DNA from: the human T2T-CHM13v2.0 reference genome, Homo sapiens
Length of the DNA stretch: 64,000 bases
Reading direction: 5' to 3'
Assembly: GCA_009914755.4 (NCBI GenBank)
Contig: CP086569.2
Span: forward strand, 48,352,001 to 48,416,000
Within the stretch, counting starts at the first letter, position 1, and each line of letters starts with the position of its first letter. This document shows, one piece after another, positions 30,225 through 44,430 of this stretch. The position numbers and the translations under genes were made by a program. The notes under the pieces were generated by a model. The model saw only the letters and a program-made list of their open reading frames with translations. It did no database searches and was not told the DNA's origin.

Positions 30225-33200
30225 ATGGATTGGAAAGGAATAGAATGGAATGGAATGGAATTGACTCAAATGGAATGGACTAGAATGGAATGGATTCGAA
30301 TGGAAGGCAAAGGAATGGAATCTATTGGAATGGACTGTAATGGAATGGAATGGAAGGGATTGGAATGGACTCGAATGGAATGGACTGCAATAGAAAGGAT
30401 TCGAATGGAATGAAAAAGAATTGAATGGAATAGAACAGAATGGAATCAAATCGAATGAAATGGAATGGAATAGAAAGGAATGGAATGAAATGGAATGGAA
30501 AGGATTCGAATGGAATGCAATCGAATGGAATGGAATCGAACGGAATGGAATAAAATGGAAGAAAACTGGCAAGAAATGGAATCGAAATGAATGGAGTGTT
30601 ATGGAACGGACTCAAAAGGAATTGAATGTAATAGAATGGAGTGGAGTGGACTCGAATATAATGGACTGGAATGGAATGAAATCACATGGAATGGGAACGA
30701 ATGGAATGGAATGGAAAGGAATGGAATCGAATGGAAAGGAATCGAATGGAAGGGAATGAAATTGAATCAACAGGAATGGAAGGGAATAGAATAGACGGTA
30801 ATGGAATGGACTCGAATTGAATGGACACGAATGCTCAAATTGAATGGACTCGAATGGAATGGAAACGAAAGGAATGTCATCGAATGGAATTGAATGGATT
30901 GGAATGAAATCGCATAGAATGGAGTGGAATCAAATGGAATTGAATCGAAAGGAAAGGAAGCGAATGGACTGAAATGAAATGGAATGGAATTGAATGGAAA
31001 GTAATGCAATGGAATAGAATGGAACGAAATTTCACAGAATGGAATCAAACTGAATGGAATCAAACCAATGGAAACAAATCAAATGGAATGGAAAGGAATT
31101 GAATGGAGTAGATTGGATTGGATGGGATTGGAATGAAATGTACTGGAAAGGACTCGAATTTCATGAAACGGAATGGAATGAATTGGAACGGAACGGACTC
31201 GAATGGAATGGAATGTCATGGAATGGCATCAAATGGAATGGCATCAAATGGAATGGAATCGAATGCAATGGAATGCTATGGAATGGAATGGAATACATTT
31301 TAATGGAATGTCCTCTAATGGAATGGATTCGAGTGGAATGGAATCGAATATAATGGAGTCGAATGAAATGGAATTGAAAGGAATGGGATCGAATACAATG
31401 GAATATACTGGAATGTAATGTAATGAACTCGAATGTAATTGACTGGAATGGAATGTACATGAATGGAATGTAATCGAATGGAAAGTAATACAATGGAATA
31501 GAATCTAATGCAATAAAATCGACTCAGATAGAGTAGAATGTAATGGAATGGAGTGCAGTGCAATGGAATGGAATGGAATGGAATGCAATGGAATGGAATG
31601 GAATGGAATGGAATGGAATGGAATGGTGTGGAATGGATAGTAATGGACTGGAGTGAAATGGACTGGAAAGGAATGGACTCAAATTGAATGGGCTCGAAAG
31701 GAATGGAGTCAAATGGAATGGTCTGGAATGGAATGAACACGAATGTAATGCAATCCAATAGAATGGAATCGAATGGCATGGAATATAAAGAAATGGAATC
31801 GAAGAGAATGGAAACAAATGGAATGGAATTGAGTGGAATGGAATTGAATGGAATGGGAACGAATGGAGTGAAATTGTATGCAGTAGAAGAGAATAGAATG
31901 GAATGCAAGCGAAAGGAAAGGAATGGATTGGAATGGAATGGAATTCATTGGAATGGAAGGGAATGTAGTGTAATGGACAGGCCTGGAATAAAGTGGAATG
32001 CTACGGTCTCGAATGGAATAAAAATGTATGGAATGGAATGCAATGAAACGGAATCGAATGTCATAGAATGTAATGGAATGCAAAAAAATGGAATCCAAAA
32101 TCATTGACTGGAAAGGCTGGGTGTCGAAAGGAATTGACTCCAATGGAATGGAATCGAATGGAATGGAAGTGAATAGAATCGAACTAAATCGAATGGAATG
32201 GAATTGATAGGAACGGAATGGAAAGGAATGCAATGATTTGGCATGGAATGGAATCGAATGGCATCGAATGGAATGGAATGGAATGCAATGGAATGGAATG
32301 TATTAGAATGTAATGAACTTTAATGGAATGTACTCGAATGGATTCGACTGGAATGGAATGTTCTGGAAGTGAATGGACTCCAATGGAATGGATTCAAAAG
32401 GAATGGAATCGTACGGAATGGAATCTAATGGAATGGAATTAAATGGAAATGAATCAAATTGAATAGCACGGAATTGAATTGAATGGAATGGAATGCAATG
32501 GAATCTAATGAAACGGAAAGGAAAGGAATGGAATGGAATGGAATGGGCTGGAATGGAAAGGAATCGAAACGAATGGAATGGAATCGAACTGAAGAGACTG
32601 GAATGGAATGCACTGGAATGGAAGGGAGTGTAATGGAAGGTTCTCGAAAAAAATGGAATGGAATGGAATGGAATTGAATGGAACGGAATAGAGTCGAATG
32701 GAATTGAATGGAATGGAATGGACTAGAGTGAAATGGAATCGAACAACAAGGAATGGACAGGAATAGAATGGTCTCGAATTGAATGGAATCGTATGGAATG
32801 GCATCAAACGGAATGGAATGGACAGCCACGGAATGGAATGCACTCGAATGCAATGGAGTCGAAACTAATGGACTGGAATAGAATGGACTCGACTGGTACG
32901 GACTCCAATGGAATGGAATCGAATGGAAGGGAATCGAACGGAATGGACTCGAAGGGACAAGACTGCAATGGAAAGGTCTCGAATGGAATGGAAATTAATG
33001 GAATGGAATGGAATCGAATGAAATGGAGTCAAAAGGAATGGAATCGAATGGCAAGAAATCGAATGTAATGGAATCGCAAGGAATTGATGTGAACGGAACG
33101 GAATGGAATGGAATCCAAAGGAATGGAATAGAATGGAATGGAATCGAATGGAAAGGACTCGAATGGAAATCACTCGAATAGAATGCAATTTAATAAAATA

Positions 33201-33773
33201 GGATCAAATGTAATGGAATGGAATGGAAAGGAATCGAAACGAAAGGAATGGAGACAGATGGAATGGAATGGAACAGAGAGCAATGGTATAGAATGGAATG
33301 GAATCATCTGGAATGGAATTGAATGGAATGGAATAATATGAAATGGAATGGAATGGAATGGAATGGAATGCCCTTGAATTAAATGGACTGGAATGGAATG
33401 GACTCGAACAGAGTGGAATGGAAAGTGTTGAGATAGAATGGAATGGACTGGTTTGGAATGGTCTAGTATGCAATGCAATCGACTGGTAGGGAATCAAAAG
33501 GAATGTAATGGAATGGATTGGACTGGAATGCAATGGACTCGAATAGATTGGAAACGGAATGCAAAGGAATGGAATGGAATAGTATGGAATGGAATGGAAA
33601 GGAATGGAGTGGAATAGACTAGAGTGGAATGGAATGGACTGGAAAGCAATGGACTGGAATGGAACTTTCTTGAATGGACTGGAATCAAACGGAATGGAAT
33701 GCAATGCAATCAAATGGCATGGAATAAAATAGAATGAAAGAGAATCAAATGGAATTGAATCGAATGGAATCGA
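30225..33773 (+). repeat. HSat3 HOR unit 9 (3549 bp), subfamily 'b'
   Basis: Private variants 'cattttaatggaatgtcc' (31295-31312), 'caaaccaatgg' (31063-31073), 'ggaacggaacggactcg' (31184-31200). Confidence 0.75.
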
Positions 33774-36700
33774 ATGGATTGGAAAGGAATAGAATGGAAT
33801 GGAATGGAATTGACTCAAATGGAATGGACTAGAATGGAATGGATTCGAATGGAAGGCAAAGGAATGGAATCTATTGGAATGGACTGTAATGGAATGGAAT
33901 GGAAGTGATTGGAATGGACTCGAATGGAATGGACTGCAATAGAAAGGATTCGAATGGAATGAAAAAGAATTGAATGGAATAGAACAGAATGGAATCAAAT
34001 CGAATGAAATGGAATGGAATAGAAAGGAATGGAATGAAATGGAATGGAAAGGATTCGAATGGAATGCAATCGAATGGAATGGAATCGAACGGAATGGAAT
34101 AAAATGGAAGAAAACTGGCAAGAAATGGAATCGAAATGAATGGAGTGTTATGGAACGGACTCAAAAGGAATTGAATGTAATAGAATGGAGTGGAGTGGAC
34201 TCGAATATAATGGACTGGAATGGAATGAAATCACATGGAATGGGAACGAATGGAATGGAATGGAAAGGAATGGAATCGAATGGAAAGGAATCGAATGGAA
34301 GGGAATGAAATTGAATCAACAGGAATTGAAGGGAATTGAATAGACGGTAATGGAATGGAATCGAATAGAATGGACACGAATGCTCAAATTGAATGGACTC
34401 GAATGGAATGGAAACGAAAGGAATGTCATCGAATGGAATTGAATCGATTGGAATGAAATCGCATAGAATGGAGTGGAATCAAATGGAATTGAATCGAAAG
34501 GAAAGGAAGCGAATGGACTGAAATGAAATGGAATGGAATTGAATGGAAAGTAATGCAATGGAATAGAATGGAATGAAATTTCACGGAATGGAATCAAACT
34601 GAATGGAATCAAATCAATGGAATCTAATCAAATGGAATGGAAAGGAATTGAATGGAGTAGATTGGATTGGATGGGATTGGAATGAAATGTACTGGAAAGG
34701 ACTCGAATTTCATGAAACGGAATGGAATGAATTGGAACGGAATGGACTCGAATGGAATGGAATGTCATGGAATGGCATCAAATGGAATGGCATCAAATGG
34801 AATGGAATCGAATGCAATGGAATGCTATGGAATGGAATGGAATGCATTGGAATGGAATGTCCTCTAATGGAATGGATTCGAGTGGAATGGAATCGAATAT
34901 AATGGAGTCGAATGAAATGGAATTGAAAGGAATGGGATCGAATAGAATGGAATATACTGAAATGTAATGTAATGAACTCGAATGTAATTGACTGGAATGG
35001 AATGTACATGAATGGAATGTAATCGAATGGAAAGTAATCCAATGGAATAGAATCTAATGCAATAAAACCGACTCAGATAGAGTAGAATGTAATGGAATGG
35101 AGTGCAGTGCAATGGAATGGAATGGAATTGAATGCAATGGAATGGAATGGAATGGAATGGAATGGAATGGAATGGAATGGAATGGGATGGAATGGTATGG
35201 AATGGATAGTAATGGACTGGAGTGAAATGGACTGGAAAGGAATGGACTCAAATTGAAAGGGCTCGAAAGGAATGGAGTCAAATGGAATGGTCTGGAATGG
35301 AATGAACACGAATGTAATGCAATGCAATAGAATGGAAACGAATGGCATGGAATATAAAGAAATGGAATCGAAGAGAATGGAAACAAATGGAATGGAATTG
35401 AATGGAATGGAATTGAATGGAATGGGAACGAATGGAGTGAAATTGTATGCAGTAGAAGGGAATAGAATGGAATGCAAGCGAAAGGAAAGGAATGGATTGG
35501 AATGGAATGGAATTCATTGGAATGGAAGGGAATGTAGTGTAATGGACAGGCCTGGAATAAAGTGGAATGCTACGGTCTCGAATGGAATAAAAATGTATGG
35601 AATGGAATGCAATGAAACGGAATCGAATGTCATAGAATGTAATGGAATGCAAAAAAATGGAATCCAAAATCATTGACTGGAAAGGCTGGGTGTCGAAAGG
35701 AATTGACTCCAATGGAATGGAATCGAATGGAATGGAAGTGAATAGAATCGAACTAAATCAAATGGAATGGAATTGATAGGAACGGAATGGAAAGGAATGC
35801 AATGATTTGGCATGGAATGGAATCGAATGGCATCGAATGGAATGGAATGGAATGCAATGGAATGGAATGTATTAGAATGTAATGAACTTTAATGGAATGT
35901 ACTCGAATGGATTCGACTGGAATGGAATGTTCTGGAAGTGAATGGACTCCAATGGAATGGATTCAAAAGGAATGGAATCGTACGGAATGGAATCTAATGG
36001 AATGGAATTAAATGGAAATGAATCAAATTGAATAGCACGGAATTGAATTGAATGGAATGGAATGCAATGGAATCTAATGAAACGGAAAGGAAAGGAATGG
36101 AATGGAATGGAATGGGCTGGAATGGAAAGGAATCGAAACGAATGGAATGGAATCGAACTGAAGAGACTGGAATGGAATGCACTGGAATGGAAGGGAGTGT
36201 AATGGAAGGTTCTCGAAAAAAATGGAATGGAATGGAATGGAATTGAATGGAACGGAATAGAGTCGAATGGAATTGAATGGAATGGAATGGACTAGAGTGA
36301 AATGGAATCGAACCACAAGGAATGGACAGGAATAGAATGGTCTCGAATTGAATGGAATCGTATGGAATGGCATCAAACGGAATGGAATGGACAGCCACGG
36401 AATGGAATGCACTCGAATGCAATGGAGTCGAAACTAATGGACTGGAATAGAATGGACTCGACTGGTACGGACTCCAATGGAATGGAATCGAATGGAAGGG
36501 AATCGAACGGAATGGACTCGAAGGGAAAAGACTGCAATGGAAAGGTCTCGAATGGAATGGAAATTAATGGAATGGAATGGAATCGAATGAAATGGAGTCA
36601 AAAGGAATGGAATCGAATGGCAAGAAATCGAATGTAATGGAATCGCAAGGAATTGATGTGAACGGAACGGAATGGAATGGAATCCAAAGGAATGGAATAG

Positions 36701-37343
36701 AATGGAATGGAATCGAATGGAAAGGACTCGAATGGAAATCACTCGAATAGAATGCAATTTAATAAAATAGGATCAAATGTAATGGAATGGAATGGAAAGG
36801 AATCGAAACGAAAGGAATGGAGACAGATGGAATGGAATAGAACAGAGAGCAATGGTATAGAATGGAAAGGAATCATCTGGAATGGAATTGAATGGAATGG
36901 AATAATATGAAATGGAATGGAATGGAATGGAATGGAATGCCCTTGAATTAAATGGACTGGAATGGAATGGACTCGAACAGAGTGGAATGGAAAGTGTTGA
37001 GATAGAATGGAATGGACTCGTTTGGAATGGTCTAGTATGCAATGCAATCGACTGGCAGGGAATCAAAAGGAATGTAATCGAATGGATTGGACTGGAATGC
37101 AATGGACTCGAATAGATTGCAAACGGAATGCAAAGGAATGGAATGGAATAGTATGGAATGGAATGGAAAGGAATGGAGTGGAATAGACTAGACTGGAATG
37201 GAATGGACTGGAAAGCAATGGACTGGAATGGAACTTTCTTGAATGGACTGGAATCAAACGGAATGGAATGCAATGCAATCAAATGGCATGGAATAAAATA
37301 GAATGAAAGAGAATCAAATGGAATTGAATCGAATGGAATCGAA
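33774..37343 (+). repeat. HSat3 HOR unit 10 (3570 bp)
   Basis: Anchor motif at 33774 (no ORF call there because of the 'ggaagtgattgg' variant at 33901-33912). Confidence 0.7.
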
Positions 37344-40300
37344 TGGATTGGAAAGGAATAGAATGGAATGGAATGGAATGGACTAGAATGGAATGGATTC
37401 GAATGGAAGGCAAAGGAATGGAATCTATTGGAATGGACTGTAATGGAATGGAATGGAAGTGATTGGAATGGACTCGAATGGAATGGACTGCAATAGAAAG
37501 GATTCGAATGGAATGAAAAAGAATTGAATGGAATAGAACAGAATGGAATCAAATCGAATGAAATGGAATGGAATAGAAAGGAATGGTATGAAATGGAATG
37601 GAAAGGATTCGAATGGAATGCAATCGAATGGAATGGAATCGAACGGAATGGAATAAAATGGAAGAAAACTGGCAAGAAATGGAATGGAAATGAATGGAGT
37701 GTTATGGAACGGACTCAAAAGGAATTGAATGTAATAGAATGGAGTGGAGTGGACTCGAATATAATGGACTGGAATGGAATGAAATCACATGGAATGGGAA
37801 CGAATGGAATGGAATGGAAAGGAATGGAATCGAATGGAAAGGAATCGAATGGAAGGGAATGAAATTGAATCAACAGGAATGGAAGGGAATAGAATAGACG
37901 GTAATGGAATGGAATCGAATAGAATGGACACGAATGCTCAAATTGAATGGACTCGAATGGAATGGAAACGAAAGGAATGTCATCGAATGGAATTGAATCG
38001 ATTGGAATGAAATCGCATAGAATGGAGTGGAATCAAATGGAATTGAATCGAAAGGAAAGGAAGCGAATGGACTGAAATGAAATGGAATGGAATTGAATGG
38101 AAAGTAATGCAATGGAATAGAATGGAACGAAATTTCACGGAATGGAATCAAACTGAATGGAATCAAATCAATGGAATCCAATCAAATGGAATGGAGTAGA
38201 TTGGATTGGATGGGATTGGAATGAAATGTACTGGAAAGGGCTCGAATTTCATGAAACGGAATGGAATGAATTGGAACGGAATGGACTCGAATGGAATGGA
38301 ATGTCATAGAATGGCATCAAATGGAATGGCATCAAATGGAATGGAATCGAATGCAATGGAATGCTATGGAATGGAATGGAATGCACTTTAATGGAATGTC
38401 CTCTAATGGAATGGATTCGAGTGGAATGGAATCGAATATAATGGAGTCGAATGAAATGGAATTGAAAGGAATGGGATCGAATACAATGGAATATACTGGA
38501 ATGTAATCTAATGAACTCGAATGTAATTGACTGGAATGGAATGTACATGAATGGAATGTAATCGAATGGAAAGTAATCCAATGGAATAGAATCTAATGCA
38601 ATAAAATCGACTCAGATAGAGTAGAATGTAATGGAATGGAGTGCAGTGCAATGGAATGGAATGGAATGGAATGCAATGGAATGGAATGGAATGGAATGGA
38701 ATGGAATGGAATGGAATGGAATGGGATGGAATGGTATGGAATGGATGGTAATGGACTGGAGTGAAATGGACTGGAAAGGAATGGACTCAAATTGAAAGGG
38801 CTGGAAAGGAATGGAGTCAAATGGAATGGTCTGGAATGGAATGAACACGAAAGTAATGCAATCCAATAGAATGGAATCGAATGGCATGGAATATAATGAA
38901 ATGGAATCGAAGAGAATGGAAACAAATGGAATGGAATTGAATGGAATGGAATTGAATGGAATGGGAACGAATGGAGTGAAATTGTATGCAGTAGAAGGGA
39001 ATAGAATGGAATGCAAGCGAAAGGAAAGGAATGGATTGGAAAGGAATGGAATTCATTGGAATGGAAGGGAATGTAGTGTAATGGACAGGCCTGGAATAAA
39101 GTGGAATGCTACGGTCTCGAATGGAATAAAAATGTATGGAATGGAATGCAATGAAACGGAATCGAATGTCATAGAATGTAATGGAATGCAAAAAACTGGA
39201 ATCCAAAATCATTGACTGGAAAGGCTGGGTGTCGAAAGGAATTGACTCCAATGGAATGGAATCGAATGGAATGGAAGTGAATAGAATCGAACTAAATCGA
39301 ATGGAATGGAATTGATAGGAACGGAATGGAAAGGAATGCAATGATTTGGCACGGAATGGAATCGAATGGCATCGAACGGAATGGAATGGAATGCAATTGA
39401 ATGGAACGTATTAGAATGTAATGAACTTTAATGGAATGTACTCGAATGGATTCGACTGGAATGGAATGTTCTGGAAGTGAATGGACTCCAATGGAATGGA
39501 TTCAAAAGGAATGGAATCGTACGGAATGGAATCTAATGGAATGGAACTAAATGGAAATGAATCAAATTGAATAGCATGGAATTGAATTGAATGGAATCGA
39601 ATGCAATGGAATCTAATGAAACGGAAAGGAAAGGAATGGAATGGAATGGAATGGGCTGGAATGGAAAGGAATCGAAACGAATGGAATGGAATCGAACTGA
39701 CGAGACTGGAATGGAATGCACTGGAATGGAATGGAGTGTAATGGAAGGTTCTCGAAAAAAATGGAATGGAATGGAATGGAATTGAATGGAACGGAATAGA
39801 GTCAAATGGAATTGAATGGAATGGAATGGACTAGAGTGAAATGGAATCGAACCACAAGGAATGGACAGGAATAGAATGGTCTCGAATTGAATGGAATCGT
39901 ATGGAATGGCATCAAACGGAATGGAATGGACAGCCACGGAATGGAATGCACTCGAATGCAATGGAGTCGAAACTAATGGACTGGAATAGAATGGATTCGA
40001 CTGGTACGGACTCCAATGGAATGGAATCGAATGGAAGGGAATCGAACGGAATGGACTCGAAGGGAAAAGACTGCAATGGAAAGGTCTCGAATGGAATGGA
40101 AATTAATGGAATGGAATGGAATCGAATGAAATGGAGTCAAAAGGAATGGAATCGAATGGCAAGAAATCGAATGTAATGGAATCGCAAGGAATTGATGTGA
40201 ACGGAACGGAATGGAATGGAATCCAAAGGAATGGAATAGAATGGAATGGAATCGAATGGAAAGGACTCGAATGGAAATCACTCGAATAGAATGCAATTTA

Positions 40301-40881
40301 ATAAAATAGGATCAAATGTAATGGAATGGAATGGAAAGGAATCGAAACGAAAGGAATGGAGACAGATGGAATGGAATGGAACAGAGAGCAATGGTATAGA
40401 ATGGAATGGAATCATCAGGAATGGAATTGAATGGAATGGAATAATATGAAATGGAATGGAATGGAATGGAATGGAATGCCCTTGAATTAAATGGACTGGA
40501 ATGGAATGGACTCGAACAGAGTGGAATGGAAAGTGTTGAGATAGAATGGAATGGACTCGTTTGGAATGGTCTAGTATGCAATGCAATCGACTGGCAGGGA
40601 ATCAAAAGGAATGTAATGGAATGGATTGGACTGGAATGCAATGGACTCGAATAGATTGGAAACGGAATGCAAAGGAATGGAATGGAATAGTATGGAATGG
40701 AATGGAAAGGAATGGAGTGGAATAGACTAGAGTGGAATGGAATGGACTGGAAAGCAATAGACTGGAATGGAACTTTCTTGAATGGACTGGAATCAAACGG
40801 AATGGAATGCAATGCAATCAAATGGCATGGAATAAAATAGAATGAAAGAGAATCAAATGGAATTGAATCGAATGGAATCGA
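37344..40881 (+). repeat. HSat3 HOR unit 11 (3538 bp), subfamily 'a'
   Basis: Carries the same 15-bp deletion (38177/38178) and 'gtcatagaatg' variant as unit 8, plus a ~20-bp deletion at 37377/37378. Confidence 0.75.
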
Positions 40882-43800
40882 ATGGATTGGAAAGGAATAG
40901 AATGGAATGGAATGGAATTGACTCAAATGGAATGGACTAGAATGGAATGGATTCGAATGGAAGGCAAAGGAATGGAATCTATTGGAATGGACTGGAATGG
41001 AATGGAAGGGATTGGAATGGACTCGAATGGAATGGACTGCAATAGAAAGGATTCGAATGGAATGAAAAAGAATTGAATGGAATAGAACAGAATGGAATCA
41101 AATCGAATGAAATGGAATGGAATAGAAAGGAATGGAATGAAATGGAATGGAAAGGATTCGAATGGAATGCAATCGAATGGAATGGAATCGAACGGAATGG
41201 AATAAAATGGAAGAAAACTGGCAAGAAATGGAATCGAAATGAATGGAGTGTTATGGAACGGACTCAAAAGGAATTGAATGTAATAGAATGGAGTGGAGTG
41301 GACTCGAATATAATGGACTGGAATGGAATGAAATCACATGGAATGGGAACGAATGGAATGGAATGGAAAGGAATGGAATCGAATGGAAAGGAATCGAATG
41401 GAAGGGAATGAAATTGAATCAACAGGAATGGAAGGGAATAGAATAGACGGTAATGGAATGGACTCGAATTGAATGGACACGAATGCTCAAATTGAATGGA
41501 CAAGAATGGAATGGAAACGAAAGGAATGTCATCGAATGGAATTGAATCGATTGGAATGAAATCGCATAGAATGGAGTGGAATCAAATGGAATTGAATCGA
41601 AAGGAAAGGAAGCGAATGGACTGAAATGAAATGGAATGGAATTGAATGGAAAGTAATGCAATGGAATAGAATGGAACGAAATTTCACGGAATGGAATCAA
41701 ACTGAATGGAATCAAATCAATGGAATCTAATCAAATGGAATGGAAAGGAATTGAATGGAGTAGATTGGATTGGATGGGATTGGAATGAAATGTACTGGAA
41801 AGGACTCGAATTTCATGAAACGGAATGGAATGAATTGGAACGGAATGGACTCGAATGGAATGGAATGGCATCAAATGGAATGGCATCAAATGGAATGGAA
41901 TCGAATGCAATGGAATGCTATGGAATGGAATGGAATGCATTGGAATGGAATGTCCTCTAATGGAATGGATTCGAGTGGAATGGAATCGAATATAATGGAG
42001 TCGAATGAAATGGAATTGAAAAGAATGGGATCGAATACAATGGAATATACTGGAATGTAATGTAATGAACTCGAATGTAATTGACTGGAATGGAATGTAC
42101 ATGAATGGAATGTAATCGAATGGAAAGTAATCCAATGGAATAGAAACTAATGCAATAAAATCGACTCAAATAGAGTAGAATGTAATGGAATGGAGTGCAG
42201 TGCAATGGAATGGAATGGAATTGAATGCAATGGAATGGAATGGAATGTTATGGAATGGAATGGAATGGATTGGAATGGGATGGAATGGTATGGAATGGAT
42301 AGTAATGGACTGGAGTGAAATGGACTGGAAAGGAATGGACTCAAATTGAAAGGGCTCGAAAGGAATGGAGTCAAATGGAATAGTCTGGAATGGAATGAAC
42401 ACGAATGTAATGCAATCCAATAGAATGTAATCGAATGGCATGGAATATAAAGAAATGGATTCGAAGAGAATGGAAACAAATGGAATGGAATTGAATGGAA
42501 TGGAATTGAATGGAATGGGAACGAATGGAGTGAAATTGTATGCAGTAGAAGAGAATAGAATGGAATGCAAGCGAAAGGAAAGGAATGGATTGGAATGGAA
42601 TGGAATTCATTGGAATGGAAGGGAATGTAGTGTAATGGACAGGCCTGGAATAAAGTGGAATGCTACGGTCTCGAATGGAATAAAAATGTATGGAATGGAA
42701 TGCAATGAAACGGAATCGAATGTCATAGAATGTAATGGAATGCAACAAAATGGAATCCAAAATCATTGACTGGAAAGGCTGGGTGTCGAAAGGAATTGAC
42801 TCCAATGGAATGGAATCGAATGGAATGGAAGTGAATAGAATCGAACTAAATCGAATGGAATGGAATTGATAGGAACGGAATGGAGAGGAATGCAATGATT
42901 TGGCATGGAATGCAATCGAATGGCATCGAATGGAATGGAATGGAATGCAATGGAATGGAATGTATTGGAATGTAATGAACTTTAATGGAATGTACTCGAA
43001 TGGATTCGACTGGAATGGAATGTTCTGGAAGTGAATGGACTCCAATGGAATGGATTCCAAAGGAATGGAATCGTACGGAATGGAATCTAATGGAATGGAA
43101 TTAAATGGAAATGAATCAAATTGAATAGCACGGAATTGAATTGAATGGAATCGAATGCAATGGAATCTAATGAAACGGAAAGGAAAGGAATGGAATGGAA
43201 TGGAATGGGCTGGAATGGAAAGGAATCGAAACGAATGGAATGGAATCGAACTGAAGAGACTGGAATGGAATGCACTGGAATGGAAGGGAGTGTAATGGAA
43301 GGTTCTCGAAAAAAATGGAATCGAATGGAATGGAATTGAATGGAACGGAATAGAGTCGAATGGAATTGAATGGAATGGAATGGACTAGAGTGAAATGGAA
43401 TCGAACCACAAGGAATGGACAGGAATAGAATGGTCTCGAATTGAATGGAATCGTATGGAATGGCATCAAACGGAATGGAATGGACAGCCACGGAATGGAA
43501 TGCACTCGAATGCAATGGAGTCGAAACTAATGGACTGGAATAGAATGGACTCGACTGGTACGGACTCCAATGGAATGGAATCGAATGGAAGGGAATCGAA
43601 CGGAATGGACTCGAAGGGAAAAGACTGCAATGGAAAGGTCTCGAATGGAATGGAAATTAATGGAATGGAATGGAATCGAATGAAATGGAGTCAAAAGGAA
43701 TGGAATCGAATGGCAAGAAATCGAATGTAATGGAATCGCAAGGAATTGATGTGAACGGAACGGAATGGAATGGAATCCAAAGGAATGGAATAGAATGGAA

Positions 43801-44430
43801 TGGAATCGAATGGAAAGGACTCGAATGGAAATCACTCGAATAGAATGCAATTTAATAAAATAGGATCAAATGTAATGGAATGGAATGGAAAGGAATCGAA
43901 ACGAAAGGAATGGAGACAGATGGAATGGAATGGAACAGAGAGCAATGGTATAGAATGGAATGGAATCATCTGGAATGGAATTGAATGGAATGGAATAATA
44001 TGAAATGGAATGGAATGGAATGGAATGCCCTTGAATTAAATGGACTGGAATGGAATGGACTCGAACAGAGTGGAATGGAAAGTGTTGAGATAGAATGGAA
44101 TGGACTCGTTTGGAATGGTCTAGTAGGCAATGCAATCGACTGGCAGGGAATCAAAAGGAATGTAATGGAATGGATTGGACTGGAATGCAATGGACTCGAA
44201 TAGATTGGAAACGGAATGCAAAGGAATGGAATGGAATAGTATGGAATGGAATGGAAAGGAATGCAGTGGAATAGACTAGAGTGGAATGGAATGGACTGGA
44301 AAGCAATGGACTGGAATGGAACTTTATTGAATGGACTGGAATCAAACGGAATGGAATGCAATGCAATCAAATGGCATGGAATAAAATAGAATGAAAGAGA
44401 ATCAAATGGAATTGAATCAAATGGAATCGA
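40882..44430 (+). repeat. HSat3 HOR unit 12 (3549 bp), subfamily 'd'
   Basis: 'ttgaaaagaatggg' (42015-42028), 'agaaactaatgcaat' (42140-42154), 'ctcaaatagag'. 5-bp deletion at 40994/40995 and 10-bp deletion at 41867/41868. Confidence 0.75.
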